Positions 11,472-21,700 of a stretch of 32,774 nt of DNA are shown in pieces. Position numbers and translations under genes: made by a program. The notes beneath the pieces are model-generated. The model saw only the letters and a list, made by a program, of their open reading frames with translations. It did not search any database and had not been told where the DNA came from. This stretch comes from Nemertoderma westbladi (lineage: Eukaryota > Animalia > Xenacoelomorpha). Numbering within the stretch: position 1 is the first letter of the stretch; every line of letters starts with the position of its first letter. Location of the stretch: contig JAUCBJ010004603.1 of assembly GCA_032718475.1 (NCBI GenBank), forward strand, positions 1 through 32,774, in the 5' to 3' direction.

Positions 11472-11846
11472 TTACCTCAGATTCACCAATGGCTTTGTTG
11501 GTCGGGGTGGAACATGAGAGTAGCCTCCAACTCCAGAATCCATCTCCCCATCACAATCTGGCCTCCCTGGTGACCCAGGGTTTGGGCCAGAAAGGTCATC
11601 AGGAAAGGGACTCAAAGAATTGTTGGCTGCTCTCTCTCCAGTAGGGGGTGAGACAGGCAGCCGGTCAGGAGTTAACTGACGCCTGTGAGGCCGATTGTGT
11701 CCGGTAATTCCACTGGCCTCTAGTGGCCGGACCTCCGCATTGCTAATGTAATCCATAGTGGGGGTTGGGGGGTGCTTTTTTGCCGAGTCAGCTCTCGGGG
11801 CAAATACCACACCCTGGTTTGCCATTCCAAAGGGTGGGTGTCGCAA
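11472..11846 (-). CDS. Short Pro-rich upstream ORF of the RTE element, in frame with EN-RT
   Basis: Same frame as 8529-11426 and separated from it only by TAA at 11472-11474; the track start is TTG, with ATGs a few codons downstream. Confidence 0.4.
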   Translation of the reverse strand: MRHPPFGMANQGVVFAPRADSAKKHPPTPTMDYISNAEVRPLEASGITGHNRPHRRQLTPDRLPVSPPTGERAANNSLSPFPDDLSGPNPGSPGRPDCDGEMDSGVGGYSHVPPRPTKPLVNLR

Positions 11847-13209
11847 TGGAGTCAGATATGAGGCCCATCACCCATATCTACTCTGGCGTACATGACCCAC
11901 CATTGGCTGTTGCAGCTCATCCGCTGGGTCATGCCCTGTACCCTTGCTGCCAGGTGCAGGTCGCAGTGAAGTGCCCTCAGAGTGGACATGAGAACACTCT
12001 ACTCCTAACCAGCCATTGGTAGATCACCATCTGCCTGGTCAGGCCATATACCCCTGCAGCCAAGTATATGGGTCCTTAATCCAGGACCAAGGGCGTCCTT
12101 ATCCCAGAACGAAGGGGGTCCTAGTTACAGGACCAGATTTGCCCTAGTAAGAGGGTCTATGCAGCTACAGGTGGCACCTCCTTTATGCTGCATGGAGGTG
12201 GCAAGTTTTCTTGATCAATGACCTAGAATACCTGACCTGACCTTAAATCTGTCTCGCAAATCTATTGCGAATTTTGTTCCTATGACAGCGAATTTTGTTA
12301 CACTCACAATTACAGTACTGCAGTAGCTAGACTTGCTGCGGTAGATGAAAAACAACAGGCATTATTAGATTGAATAGGAAACTTTTACTTACTTCGAGAA
12401 TCATTAACATAAATTAATTTTGCTTTATAAATTATCTTACCGCCAGTATTTTCAACCCGCTATAGTGGTGCACATTGAGCGCAAGTGAAATAATTTATAG
12501 TTTATTGTTTTGGTTAGAAAACACCGCCACTGTAACCTGCTTGCTCCTTTCCATTAATGTTCTTAATTAAATTAAGCTAAATCGCAAGTATTGGGCAAGT
12601 GTCCTATTCGTAAACTGGCCTATTGGGCATATATAGATACCGGTACTGGCGGTACTGTAACAAATAATAATTGTTTGATTTCGAATTTTTACATCCTATG
12701 CTTATTGCATAGTTGGATTAATTGTAAACTACACGACATTAAGTAAGATAAACTAAATATAACTTAGTAATAAATAATACAATCCAGAAACTGAAAGTAA
12801 CTTACAGAGATTGGAACAAAGTTCGCATTGATAGGAGGAGGAACAAACAAAGTTCGCAATAATTGGAACATAATTATCCTTGAAAATTCGATAGGAACAT
12901 AGTTCGCAAGGAGAGGAACAAAGTTCGCTATGCGTTGGAACAAAATTCGCAAAAATGCATTAAGAACAAAATTCGCAAAATATCAATAGGAGCAAAATTC
13001 GCGCCACTAGTACAGTACAGTCAGATCGTAGGCCCTACACGAACACGAGTAGGCCTACAGCAATAACACTAACTTATTTACTATATTGTTTTATCGTTTT
13101 GCAATTTGTTAGTATTTTACTAACGGTACATTTAAAAAGTGAAATGTCGCTCTCTACTAGGTCTTGGATGTTGGATGAAGAAATTGGCCATGTTTAGAAG
13201 TCAATCAGT

Positions 13210-13737
13210 TAAAGTTGGTCCATTTGAAAGACATTGATAAAGTAAAGGGGTTATTTGTCAAGAGAGTTTTGGGTCTACACACGTCAGCCTCAACCACACT
13301 TGCGCTAAAGCTCATAGGTGAACGCACTTTTGTGGAAGATATTATTAATAAATCTCCACAGATATTTAAACCAAACATTGTTCTGGAATACCGATTGTTC
13401 AGGCGCGAACGGGAGGATAACTTTATTGCGGAGGGCTTCAGTAACGGACCAGGATTCACTAGCTCTACATGGAAGGCACCCGGTCAGAAATACCGTTCGT
13501 TAGTCATGCGCACAACGGCCCATGGTTTCCACCACAAGTTGTGTTGCAACCGCCAGCCCTTCCACACACGATCGCCACAGTGTGTGTGTAGTTTCTGTGC
13601 GCTCTCCTGCGAGGACCGCTACCATGTACTCAGGTGTACTTCGACCCCACCCTTGTCCCAGCTAGCCAATCTGCCATAACATAATTTTCATATTTTATCT
13701 CGAAGTTTACTGACCGGCCTTTTAATAAATAAATAAA
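13210..13737 (+). mobile_element. 3' fragment of a non-LTR retrotransposon (RT C-terminus + CCHC finger, ORF 13215-13679)
   Basis: DKVKGLFVKRVLGL thumb-like motif; CSFC-x7-YHVLRC zinc finger; short UTR ending in an (AATA)n tail. Confidence 0.75.
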
Positions 13738-14421
13738 CTTCATTATTAAGTCACAAACTCGTTGCCTTTTATAGAAATACCATGTCCTCCCCGCCAGCAC
13801 ACGCCCATTTTGTTTGTAGTAATTTTAACTTCATTGACCGGCCTTTTAATAAATAAATAAAGCTCATATTTTGTAAAATAAATATTCGATAGTTATTAAT
13901 GTAGTGCAAATTTATAAATATTATCTGTGCATTTCAATTTTACCCCGAAAGGGGGTGTACATTAAACTATTATTAGAAGTCAATCAGTCAATATGCTGAC
14001 GCAAATAAATGTAAATTTTTGAAGATTTAAGGAAAGCAAATAAGTTAGGGTGTGTGATAAAAGCCTACAAGATACTAATGATATATAGCAGTATATACTG
14101 TAGGCCTATGATATATGTCAAGGGGGAAATATATTTGCAGCCATTGTTGCTATTATTTGATTATACTATATTATTGTAAAAAAACTTTTCCATCAATAAT
14201 TATTAATTATTGTAAAAATATTATTAATCAATAATTATTACTGTAATAATTATTGTAAAAAATATCCCTGCTGTGTTGGAGGGTTGTAGTTTTATATTGC
14301 TGTATTATCTGAAACTGCAAACCATATAGCTGTATAGCCTAGACAGGATGACGGGTTAACAACAGTACCCCAGCCCTATCAGGTCAGCTCAGTATCTGGA
14401 ATGAACCGCTGGAAAATATAT

Positions 14422-14735
14422 TAATTTTCTTATTTAAGAAAAATATATACATAAAATTTTTTAAATAAGAAATAAGTTCAACTCCTAAATAGGAAGTCCA
14501 AAAAATATTTCCTATATAAGAAATTCTCGGAAAAAGTAACGGATAGTTAAAAAATAGTAAAAAAACAGATAGTTTTTTTTCTAGTTTTCACAACAAACGT
14601 AGTTTAGATTATCCTCCAATAACCAGGAATTCAAATATGCCGCTAAAATTTATTTCAAAAGATAACGACGAAAATGTTCAGAAAAATGGCAAAAAATTCC
14701 TATATAGGAAGAAAAAAAACTTCCTATTTAAGAAA
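14422..14735 (-). repeat. Inverted copy of the 7940-8275 repeat
   Basis: See 7940-8275. Confidence 0.85.
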
Positions 14736-15529
14736 CCTACCCTAAATGCCAGCTGCATAGCATCTTCCAAATAACTTGTAATCTGCCGATTGCCAGATTG
14801 TTTAAGATAGTGTCAGATAGATCAGTCCCCTCCTTAACATTTTTAAAATTATGTTTACAGGTTTATTAAAAATGTTATGGGCCCTTAATTTGAATAAAAA
14901 AACTTGTTTCTATCACATTTGATAGTTTGAATCTCAGCAGCTCAGTAACAACACCTTTCCCAAGTGGCTATTTTTGGACCGATTTCTATCAAATTTTACA
15001 CACAGACATTCTGTTACCTATACGTGTAACCTCATATAACTATAATTGTATAACATACACCCCAGGCAGGCACTACCAGGCAGGCAGCCAGGTCGTGCAT
15101 TTAATGTGGTGAAATTTTACGGCAGAAGAGGGCGATATGCCCTTCGCGCAGCACGTGAAAATACTGTCATTTCTAGAAAGGTACTTGACATAATTTGACC
15201 ATTGGATTATCAGTACCGGTATATAGGGCCTACTACTGCACTACCAATACAGCATGATATTGTTCATTTCTAATTTTTTAATGCGGCTCTAATCAAAAAA
15301 AATTTTGTCACCGACCGTCTAAGATGTAAGAAATTGGATGGACCTTCGGCAGTTCGGGCCAACGTCAATTCGCACGTTTTAAATTTTGTTATAATTTGAT
15401 TGTTTAGCATTTTAGACACATCTTGTCAGGTCAACATAAAACATTCTGTTGAAGATGAATACCGGTATCATCCTTCCTTACCAATTCCACTCTAAATTCA
15501 TTTATATGTATTTATTTTCCGATATATAT

Positions 15530-15809
15530 GGGGTTGTCCATAAAGGACGCCCGAGTAAATCCCAGACCCCCCCCCCCCCTCCCTCCCTCCCCACAGCCCC
15601 ATCAATATAATAATATAATAATTAACACTCTACATAATTAACCCAAATTGCAGGGGGTATTTTATGGCCGATTCTGGTAACCCGTTACAGTTACAATGAT
15701 AAATTAATATTATAGCATGCGGTATTATGCTAAATATAAAAAAGCGAAAATTTGAGGTTCCAAATTACCTACCTTACCCTCCTCCGGACGTCCTTCATGG
15801 AGGATCCCG
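15530..15809. mobile_element. Tourist/Harbinger-like MITE
   Basis: Imperfect TIRs GGGGTTGTCCATAAAGGACGCCC / GGACGTCCTTCATGGAGGATCCCG and an internal poly-C tract. Superfamily is inferred from TIR resemblance only. Confidence 0.55.
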
Positions 15810-15872
15810 ATCATTTAACCGCTATTAAATTTACAACATATCTGATTTATTTTATAATTATTATAATTGCAG

Positions 15873-16065
15873 ACGACGCTGATGAATCGAATGTTGCTTT
15901 AGAGTTAAACAACAAACAATGTTACTGTGGACGGCGTCACTACCTGCACCACATGCAGGGCGATATTATCTTGGCGATGGTTAAATGCGACCATTGTAAT
16001 AGGTTGTTTCATTCGGAATGCATCGCTTCCCAATTCCCTGTACTCCACGGGGATTCGTCGTTCCA
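15873..16065 (+). CDS. Putative exon encoding most of a PHD-type zinc finger
   Basis: Acceptor TTGCAG at ~15867-15872 and donor GTAAGT at ~16066; translation CYCG-x15-MVKCDHCNRLFHSECI...LHGD fits the first six ligands of C4HC3. The downstream exon does not splice cleanly, so it may be a pseudogene. Confidence 0.55.
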
Positions 16066-16247
16066 GTAAGTTAATTATATGTTAATTATACATAATGATG
16101 TCAATAAGTTACAATATTTTTGTGTAGATATCGCGTGAATAAAACGTTTTGAATCATAAACAATGCGAGTTGTGTTCGTACGTTCGAGATATGTACGTGG
16201 GAAGAAAATGTGGAACAAATAAATCTTATCCATGAAATAACCTTGAT

Positions 16248-16281
16248 CGCTAGGGGGCGTACTAATTGAGAGTATTTATGC
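16248..16281 (+). repeat. Detached first monomer of the 39-bp array
   Basis: CGCTAGGGGGCGTACTAATTGAGAGTATTTATGC matches array monomers exactly. Confidence 0.95.
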
Positions 16282-18527
16282 ATTTACGTATTGCATGGGA
16301 AAAGGTAAATTCGACCATGCTAACTCAATATCAGGAAGAAGTTGTCAGACGACTGAAAGTAACTTATAATGTGCAACCTAGTCAATTATCACAATGGACA
16401 ATTGCAGATGTTACATTCTTTGCATCAGATATTGAGAAATCCATTTATGAAGCGGCTGCCCTTCACTTACCTAAACGAACTGCAACTCGACGACATACCA
16501 AGAATCTTCGCATCAGAGCATCTCCGAAACTAAAGAGCCGTATCAGAACCTGCAGTCAACTATATGACTTATGGAGCAATGATAACAAGAATGAGTCTAG
16601 TATTTACAAACCTGCATATAACGAATCTCGCCGATCAATTAGACGCTTGAAAAACTTTCTTGCAAAGAGTGCACTGGCCACAAAAGTCAAAAAGGAAGCT
16701 GGACTAATGCACAATAACCCGCGGAGATTCTGGAACTACTTCAATAGCAAAGATAAGCCAATAGCTTCGGAAAAAGCTCAATCCGTTATTAAGGAAGAGA
16801 TGAAAAACAATAACAATCCTGATCTCAAACTCAAGGATGAGCTCAACATACTCAAAGCGAATATACAAGAAACCTGTACCACAACCATTCCACCCATTAT
16901 TTCTCCTAGAACTGTTGAACGGGCATTGGAATCTCTAGCGCGTGGCAAACTACCAGATGCCTCCGGTCTAGTTCTAGAGCATTTATTGTGTTTAAATAAA
17001 GAAGTTGCCACGTCATTAATAGCTGACATGTTCAATGTATGTCTCAGATTAGGAGATATCCCAGTTTTGTTTGGGAATACTCTAATAACCAATATTTATA
17101 AAGGAAAGAATCGACCAGTACTTTCATCTAGATCATATAGACCAATATCCACAATTTGCATTTTCGGAAAGATTCTCGAAGGAGTTATACTACATGAATG
17201 CTTCCCAGCCCTATACCAGCTGATACCGAAGGCTCAGCTGGCCTATCAGGCTAAGATTGGTACGGATCTTATCATAGCATCTATTCTGGAATTTTTAAAC
17301 CATCAGAGACAAATCGGCCAAACAATATACGTCTGCCAGCTCGACATACAAAGTGCCTTCGACAATGTAGATTATGTAATTTTGTTCAATGAGTTATCCA
17401 AGCATATTAATCCGCATATTTGCCTAGTGCTTATCAGCTACTACTCTCACACCGTGGGGTTTCTTAAATGCGGTGACTGTATTGACTTAGAGGGCATCAA
17501 ACTCATACGTGGCATTAAACAGGGGTCCCTTCTATCCCCGATATTCTTCAATATTTATACAGGGTGCGTTTTATCCACATTTGAGACACCGGGTGACAGC
17601 TCCAACCTTATTAATCTATGGTTTCAAATAATTGCTTATGCCGACGATATTCTCATATTTGGGAAATCCATAGCAGAATTAGAACATATGATAAGTTTAG
17701 TTAATACAAAGCTTGGTGAAATCAAACTAAATATTGAGCAATCAAAGACAATCTGGACATTCATATTGGGTAAAAATCAACCTGAAAGTTCAGTGCCACT
17801 GTTCCTCAACATTAAACAAAACTTGATATTAGCTGATCCGTTTATCTGCTTTCTTGACTATAAACTGCCAAGAACATCTGGTTCGCAAGTCCTCAACGAA
17901 ATCGTACAGTCAACTACAAGACTAGCCGACGCCTTTCATCGTCGTGGTTGGACTACACGTCATCTGAGTTGCCAAACTGTAGGGCACCTGTGGCGCCTTG
18001 TTGCACTACCATCACTCATACATTCTCTAAAGTACACGATCGGAATGATGACAAAAGAGGAATTAGAAAAACTCGATATCTCGTACAGGAAAGCGCTGCG
18101 TAGTGTCACTCACTTAGGCCCATATGTGGACAATTTGATCATCTACAATTTATTGGACTGTCGGCCATTATCCTGTGAACTGTTTAGGCACAATCTCGGG
18201 GCAATCTTACGGATGAGAGACTGCCCAAACGTGCTGATACAATCTTCACTCACTTACCTCGGGCTAACCAGTAACGCGTCAAACAAATACGCTGGGATTT
18301 TTTCTACGTATGTTAAATCGACACTCCATTATCCTCTGCCGAAACTCTCATCACTTTTAACCTACAGATACAGCAAAGTATCACTTTTGGGAAGAATAGA
18401 TGTGAACTCTCTCACCAACCAACAGTGCATTGCACGGAATTTTATAGTAGAATGTTACAACTCTTCATTGCCAATAACCTTGAAACATGATCGTATTCTA
18501 AATTTTTTTAATGTACATAAACGGTAG
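16278..18527 (+). CDS. Non-LTR reverse transcriptase ORF lacking an endonuclease domain (749 aa from ATG)
   Basis: YRPIST, QLAYQ, LDIQSAFDNV, GIKQGSLLSPIFFNIY, YADDI, YRKALR motifs; no stops; no APE or REL endonuclease motifs seen. Confidence 0.9.
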   Translation: MHLRIAWEKVNSTMLTQYQEEVVRRLKVTYNVQPSQLSQWTIADVTFFASDIEKSIYEAAALHLPKRTATRRHTKNLRIRASPKLKSRIRTCSQLYDLWSNDNKNESSIYKPAYNESRRSIRRLKNFLAKSALATKVKKEAGLMHNNPRRFWNYFNSKDKPIASEKAQSVIKEEMKNNNNPDLKLKDELNILKANIQETCTTTIPPIISPRTVERALESLARGKLPDASGLVLEHLLCLNKEVATSLIADMFNVCLRLGDIPVLFGNTLITNIYKGKNRPVLSSRSYRPISTICIFGKILEGVILHECFPALYQLIPKAQLAYQAKIGTDLIIASILEFLNHQRQIGQTIYVCQLDIQSAFDNVDYVILFNELSKHINPHICLVLISYYSHTVGFLKCGDCIDLEGIKLIRGIKQGSLLSPIFFNIYTGCVLSTFETPGDSSNLINLWFQIIAYADDILIFGKSIAELEHMISLVNTKLGEIKLNIEQSKTIWTFILGKNQPESSVPLFLNIKQNLILADPFICFLDYKLPRTSGSQVLNEIVQSTTRLADAFHRRGWTTRHLSCQTVGHLWRLVALPSLIHSLKYTIGMMTKEELEKLDISYRKALRSVTHLGPYVDNLIIYNLLDCRPLSCELFRHNLGAILRMRDCPNVLIQSSLTYLGLTSNASNKYAGIFSTYVKSTLHYPLPKLSSLLTYRYSKVSLLGRIDVNSLTNQQCIARNFIVECYNSSLPITLKHDRILNFFNVHKR

Positions 18528-18749
18528 TGTGTCCCAGGTCCCACAAACAATAGTGTCAATAAACTGGTAGATTGTTGCCAGCGAATTATATAGTGTAACT
18601 GGTTTTTACTCGCATCGTTGTTTCTAGGGTTGTTTCCTTGGTTTTGTGTAATATTTGTACATATTTTATTTCATTTTTACTGATAATTCAATTAAATGCT
18701 AGCTTGACTAGCGCTTGCGCGCAATTGGCGCGATAAATAAATAAATAAA
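16282..18749 (+). mobile_element. 5'-truncated LINE (clade uncertain, possibly RTE-X/L2-like) inserted in the first satellite monomer
   Basis: 3' UTR with GC palindrome TTGCGCGCAA then (ATAA)n tail at 18733-18750; TATGC on both sides (16277-16281, 18750-18754) as a probable TSD. Confidence 0.85.
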
Positions 18750-18750
18750 T

Positions 18751-21700
18751 ATGCGTGCACGCTAGGGGGCGTACTAATTGAGAGTATTTATGAGTGCACG
18801 CTAGGGGGCGTACTAATTGAGTGTATTTATGAGTGCACGCTAGGGGGCATACTAATTGAGTGTATTTATGAGTGCACGCTAGGGGGCGTACTAATTGAGT
18901 GTATTTATGAGTGCACGCTAGGGGGCATACTAATTGAGTGTATTTATGAGTGCACGCTAGGGGGCGTACTAATTGAGTGTATTTATGAGTGCACGCTAGG
19001 GGGCGTACTAATTGAGTGTATTTATGCGTGCACGCTAGGGGGCGTACTAATTGAGTGTATTTATGAGTGCACGCTAGGGGGCGTACTAATTGAGTGTATT
19101 TATGAGTGCACGCTAGGGGGCGTACTAATTGAGAGTATTTATGAGTGCACGCTAGGAGGCGTACTAATTGAGTATTTATGCGTGCACGCTAGGGGGCGTA
19201 CTAATTGAGAGTATTTATGAGTGCACGCTAGGGGGCGTACTAATTGAGTGTATTTATGAGTGCACGCTAGGGGGCGTACTAATTGAGTATTTATGAGTGC
19301 ACGCTTGGGGGCGTACTAATTGAGTGTATTTATGAGTGCACGCTAGGGGGCGTACTAATTGAGTATTTATGAGTGCACGCTAGGAGGCGTACTAATTGAG
19401 AGTATTTATGAGTGCACGCTAGGGGGCGTACTAATTGAGTGTATTTATGAGTGCACGCTAGGAGGCGTACTAATTGAGAGTATTTATGAGTGCACGCTAG
19501 GGGGCGTACTAATTGAGAGTATTTATGAGTGCACGCTAGGGGGCGTACTAATTGAGTGTATTTATGAGTGCACGCTAGGGGGCGTACTAATTGAGTATTT
19601 ATGAGTGCACGCTAGGAGGCGTACTAATTGAGAGTATTTATGAGTGCACGCTAGGAGGCGTACTAATTGAGTGTATTTATGAGTTCACGCTAGGGGGCGT
19701 ACTAATTGAGAGTATTTATGAGTGCACGCTAGGGGGCGTACTAATTGAGTGTATTTATGAGTGCACGCTAGGAGGCGTACTAATTGAGAGTATTTATGAG
19801 TGCACGCTAGGAGGCGTACTAATTGAGAGTATTTATGAGTGCACGCTAGGGGGCGTACTAATTGAGAGTATTTATGAGTGCACGCTAGGGGGCGTACTAA
19901 TTGAGTGTATTTATGAGTGCACGCTAGGAGGCGTACTAATTGAGAGTATTTATGAGTGCACGCTAGGGGGCGTACTAATTGAGAGTATTTATGAGTGCAC
20001 GCTAGGGGGCGTACTAATTGAGTGTATTTATGAGTGCACGCTAGGGGGCGTACTAATTGAGAGTATTTATGAGTGCACGCTAGGGGGCGTACTAATTGAG
20101 TGTATTTATGAGTGCACGCTAGGGGGCGTACTAATTGAGAGTATTTATGAGTGCACGCTAGGGGGCGTACTAATTGAGTGTATTTATGAGTGCACGCTAG
20201 GGGGCGTACTAATTGAGTGTATTTATGAGTGCACGCTAGGGGGCGTACTAATTGAGAGTATTTATGAGTGCACGCTAGGGGGCGTACTAATTGAGTGTAT
20301 TTATGAGTGCACGCTAGGGGGCGTACTAATTGAGAGTATTTATGAGTGCACGCTAGGGGGCGTACTAATTGAGTGTATTTATGAGTGCACGCTAGGGGGC
20401 GTACTAATTGAGTGTATTTATGAGTGCACGCTAGGAGGCGTACTAATTGAGTGTATTTATGAGTGCACGCTAGGGGGCGTACTAATTGAGTGTATTTATG
20501 AGTGCACGCTAGGAGGCGTACTAATTGAGAGTATTTATGAGTGCACGCTAGGAGGCGTACTAATTGAATATATTTATGAGTGCACGCTAGGGGGCGTACT
20601 AATTGAGAGTATTTATGAGTGCACGCTAGGGGGCGTACTAATTGAGTGTATTTATGAGTGCACGCTAGGAGGCGTACTAATTGAGAGTATTTATGAGTGC
20701 ACGCTAGGAGGCGTACTAATTGAATATATTTATGAGTGCACGCTAGGAGGCGTACTAATTGAATATATTTATGAGTGCACGCTAGGGGGCGTACTAATTG
20801 AGAGTATTTATGAGTGCACGCTAGGAGGCGTACTAATTGAATATATTTATGAGTGCACGCTAGGGGGCGTACTAATTGAGAGTATTTATGAGTGCACGCT
20901 AGGAGGCGTACTAATTGAATATATTTATGAGTGCACGCTAGGAGGCGTACTAATTGAATATATTTATGAGTGCACGCTAGGGGGCGTACTAATTGAGAGT
21001 ATTTATGAGTGCACGCTAGGGGGCGTACTAATTGAGAGTATTTATGAGTGCACGCTAGGGGGCGTACTAATTGAGTGTATTTATGAGTGCACGCTAGGGG
21101 GCGTACTAATTGAGAGTATTTATGAGTGCACGCTAGGGGGCGTACTAATTGAGTGTATTTATGAGTGCACGCTAGGGGGCGTACTAATTGAGAGTATTTA
21201 TGAGTGCACGCTAGGGGGCGTACTAATTGAGTGTATTTATGAGTGCACGCTAGGGGGCGTACTAATTGAGTGTATTTATGAGTGCACGCTAGGAGGCGTA
21301 CTAATTGAGTGTATTTATGAGTGCACGCTAGGGGGCGTACTAATTGAGTGTATTTATGAGTGCACGCTAGGAGGCGTACTAATTGAGAGTATTTATGAGT
21401 GCACGCTAGGAGGCGTACTAATTGAATATATTTATGAGTGCACGCTAGGGGGCGTACTAATTGAGAGTATTTATGAGTGCACGCTAGGGGGCGTACTAAT
21501 TGAGTGTATTTATGAGTGCACGCTAGGAGGCGTACTAATTGAGAGTATTTATGAGTGCACGCTAGGGGGCGTACTAATTGAGTGTATTTATGAGTGCACG
21601 CTAGGGGGCGTACTAATTGAGAGTATTTATGAGTGCACGCTAGGGGGCGTACTAATTGAGTGTATTTATGAGTGCACGCTAGGGGGCGTACTAATTGAGT

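Larger units (their letters stand above)
8488..12247 (-). mobile_element. Full-length RTE-clade LINE, recently inserted
   Basis: 10-bp TSD TCTGTCTCGC at 8478-8487 and 12248-12257; (TAG)n tail at 8488-8499; very short 3' UTR; single long EN-RT frame. Confidence 0.95.
8350..13010. mobile_element. Non-autonomous DNA transposon-like element (~0.9 kb) with inverted subterminal repeat arrays, split by the RTE insertion
   Basis: CGAA(C/T)TTTGTTCC-like motif recurs at ~8353, 8381, 8403, 8424, 8445, 12268, 12289; its reverse complement GGAACAAA(G/A)TTCGC recurs about 8 times at 12813-13002. Exact termini not defined. Confidence 0.6.

Noticed and set aside
14930-15160. Possible Helitron/Helentron-type fragment with hairpin AGGGCGATATGCCCT
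   Set aside because: Single hairpin and no second copy or defined termini.
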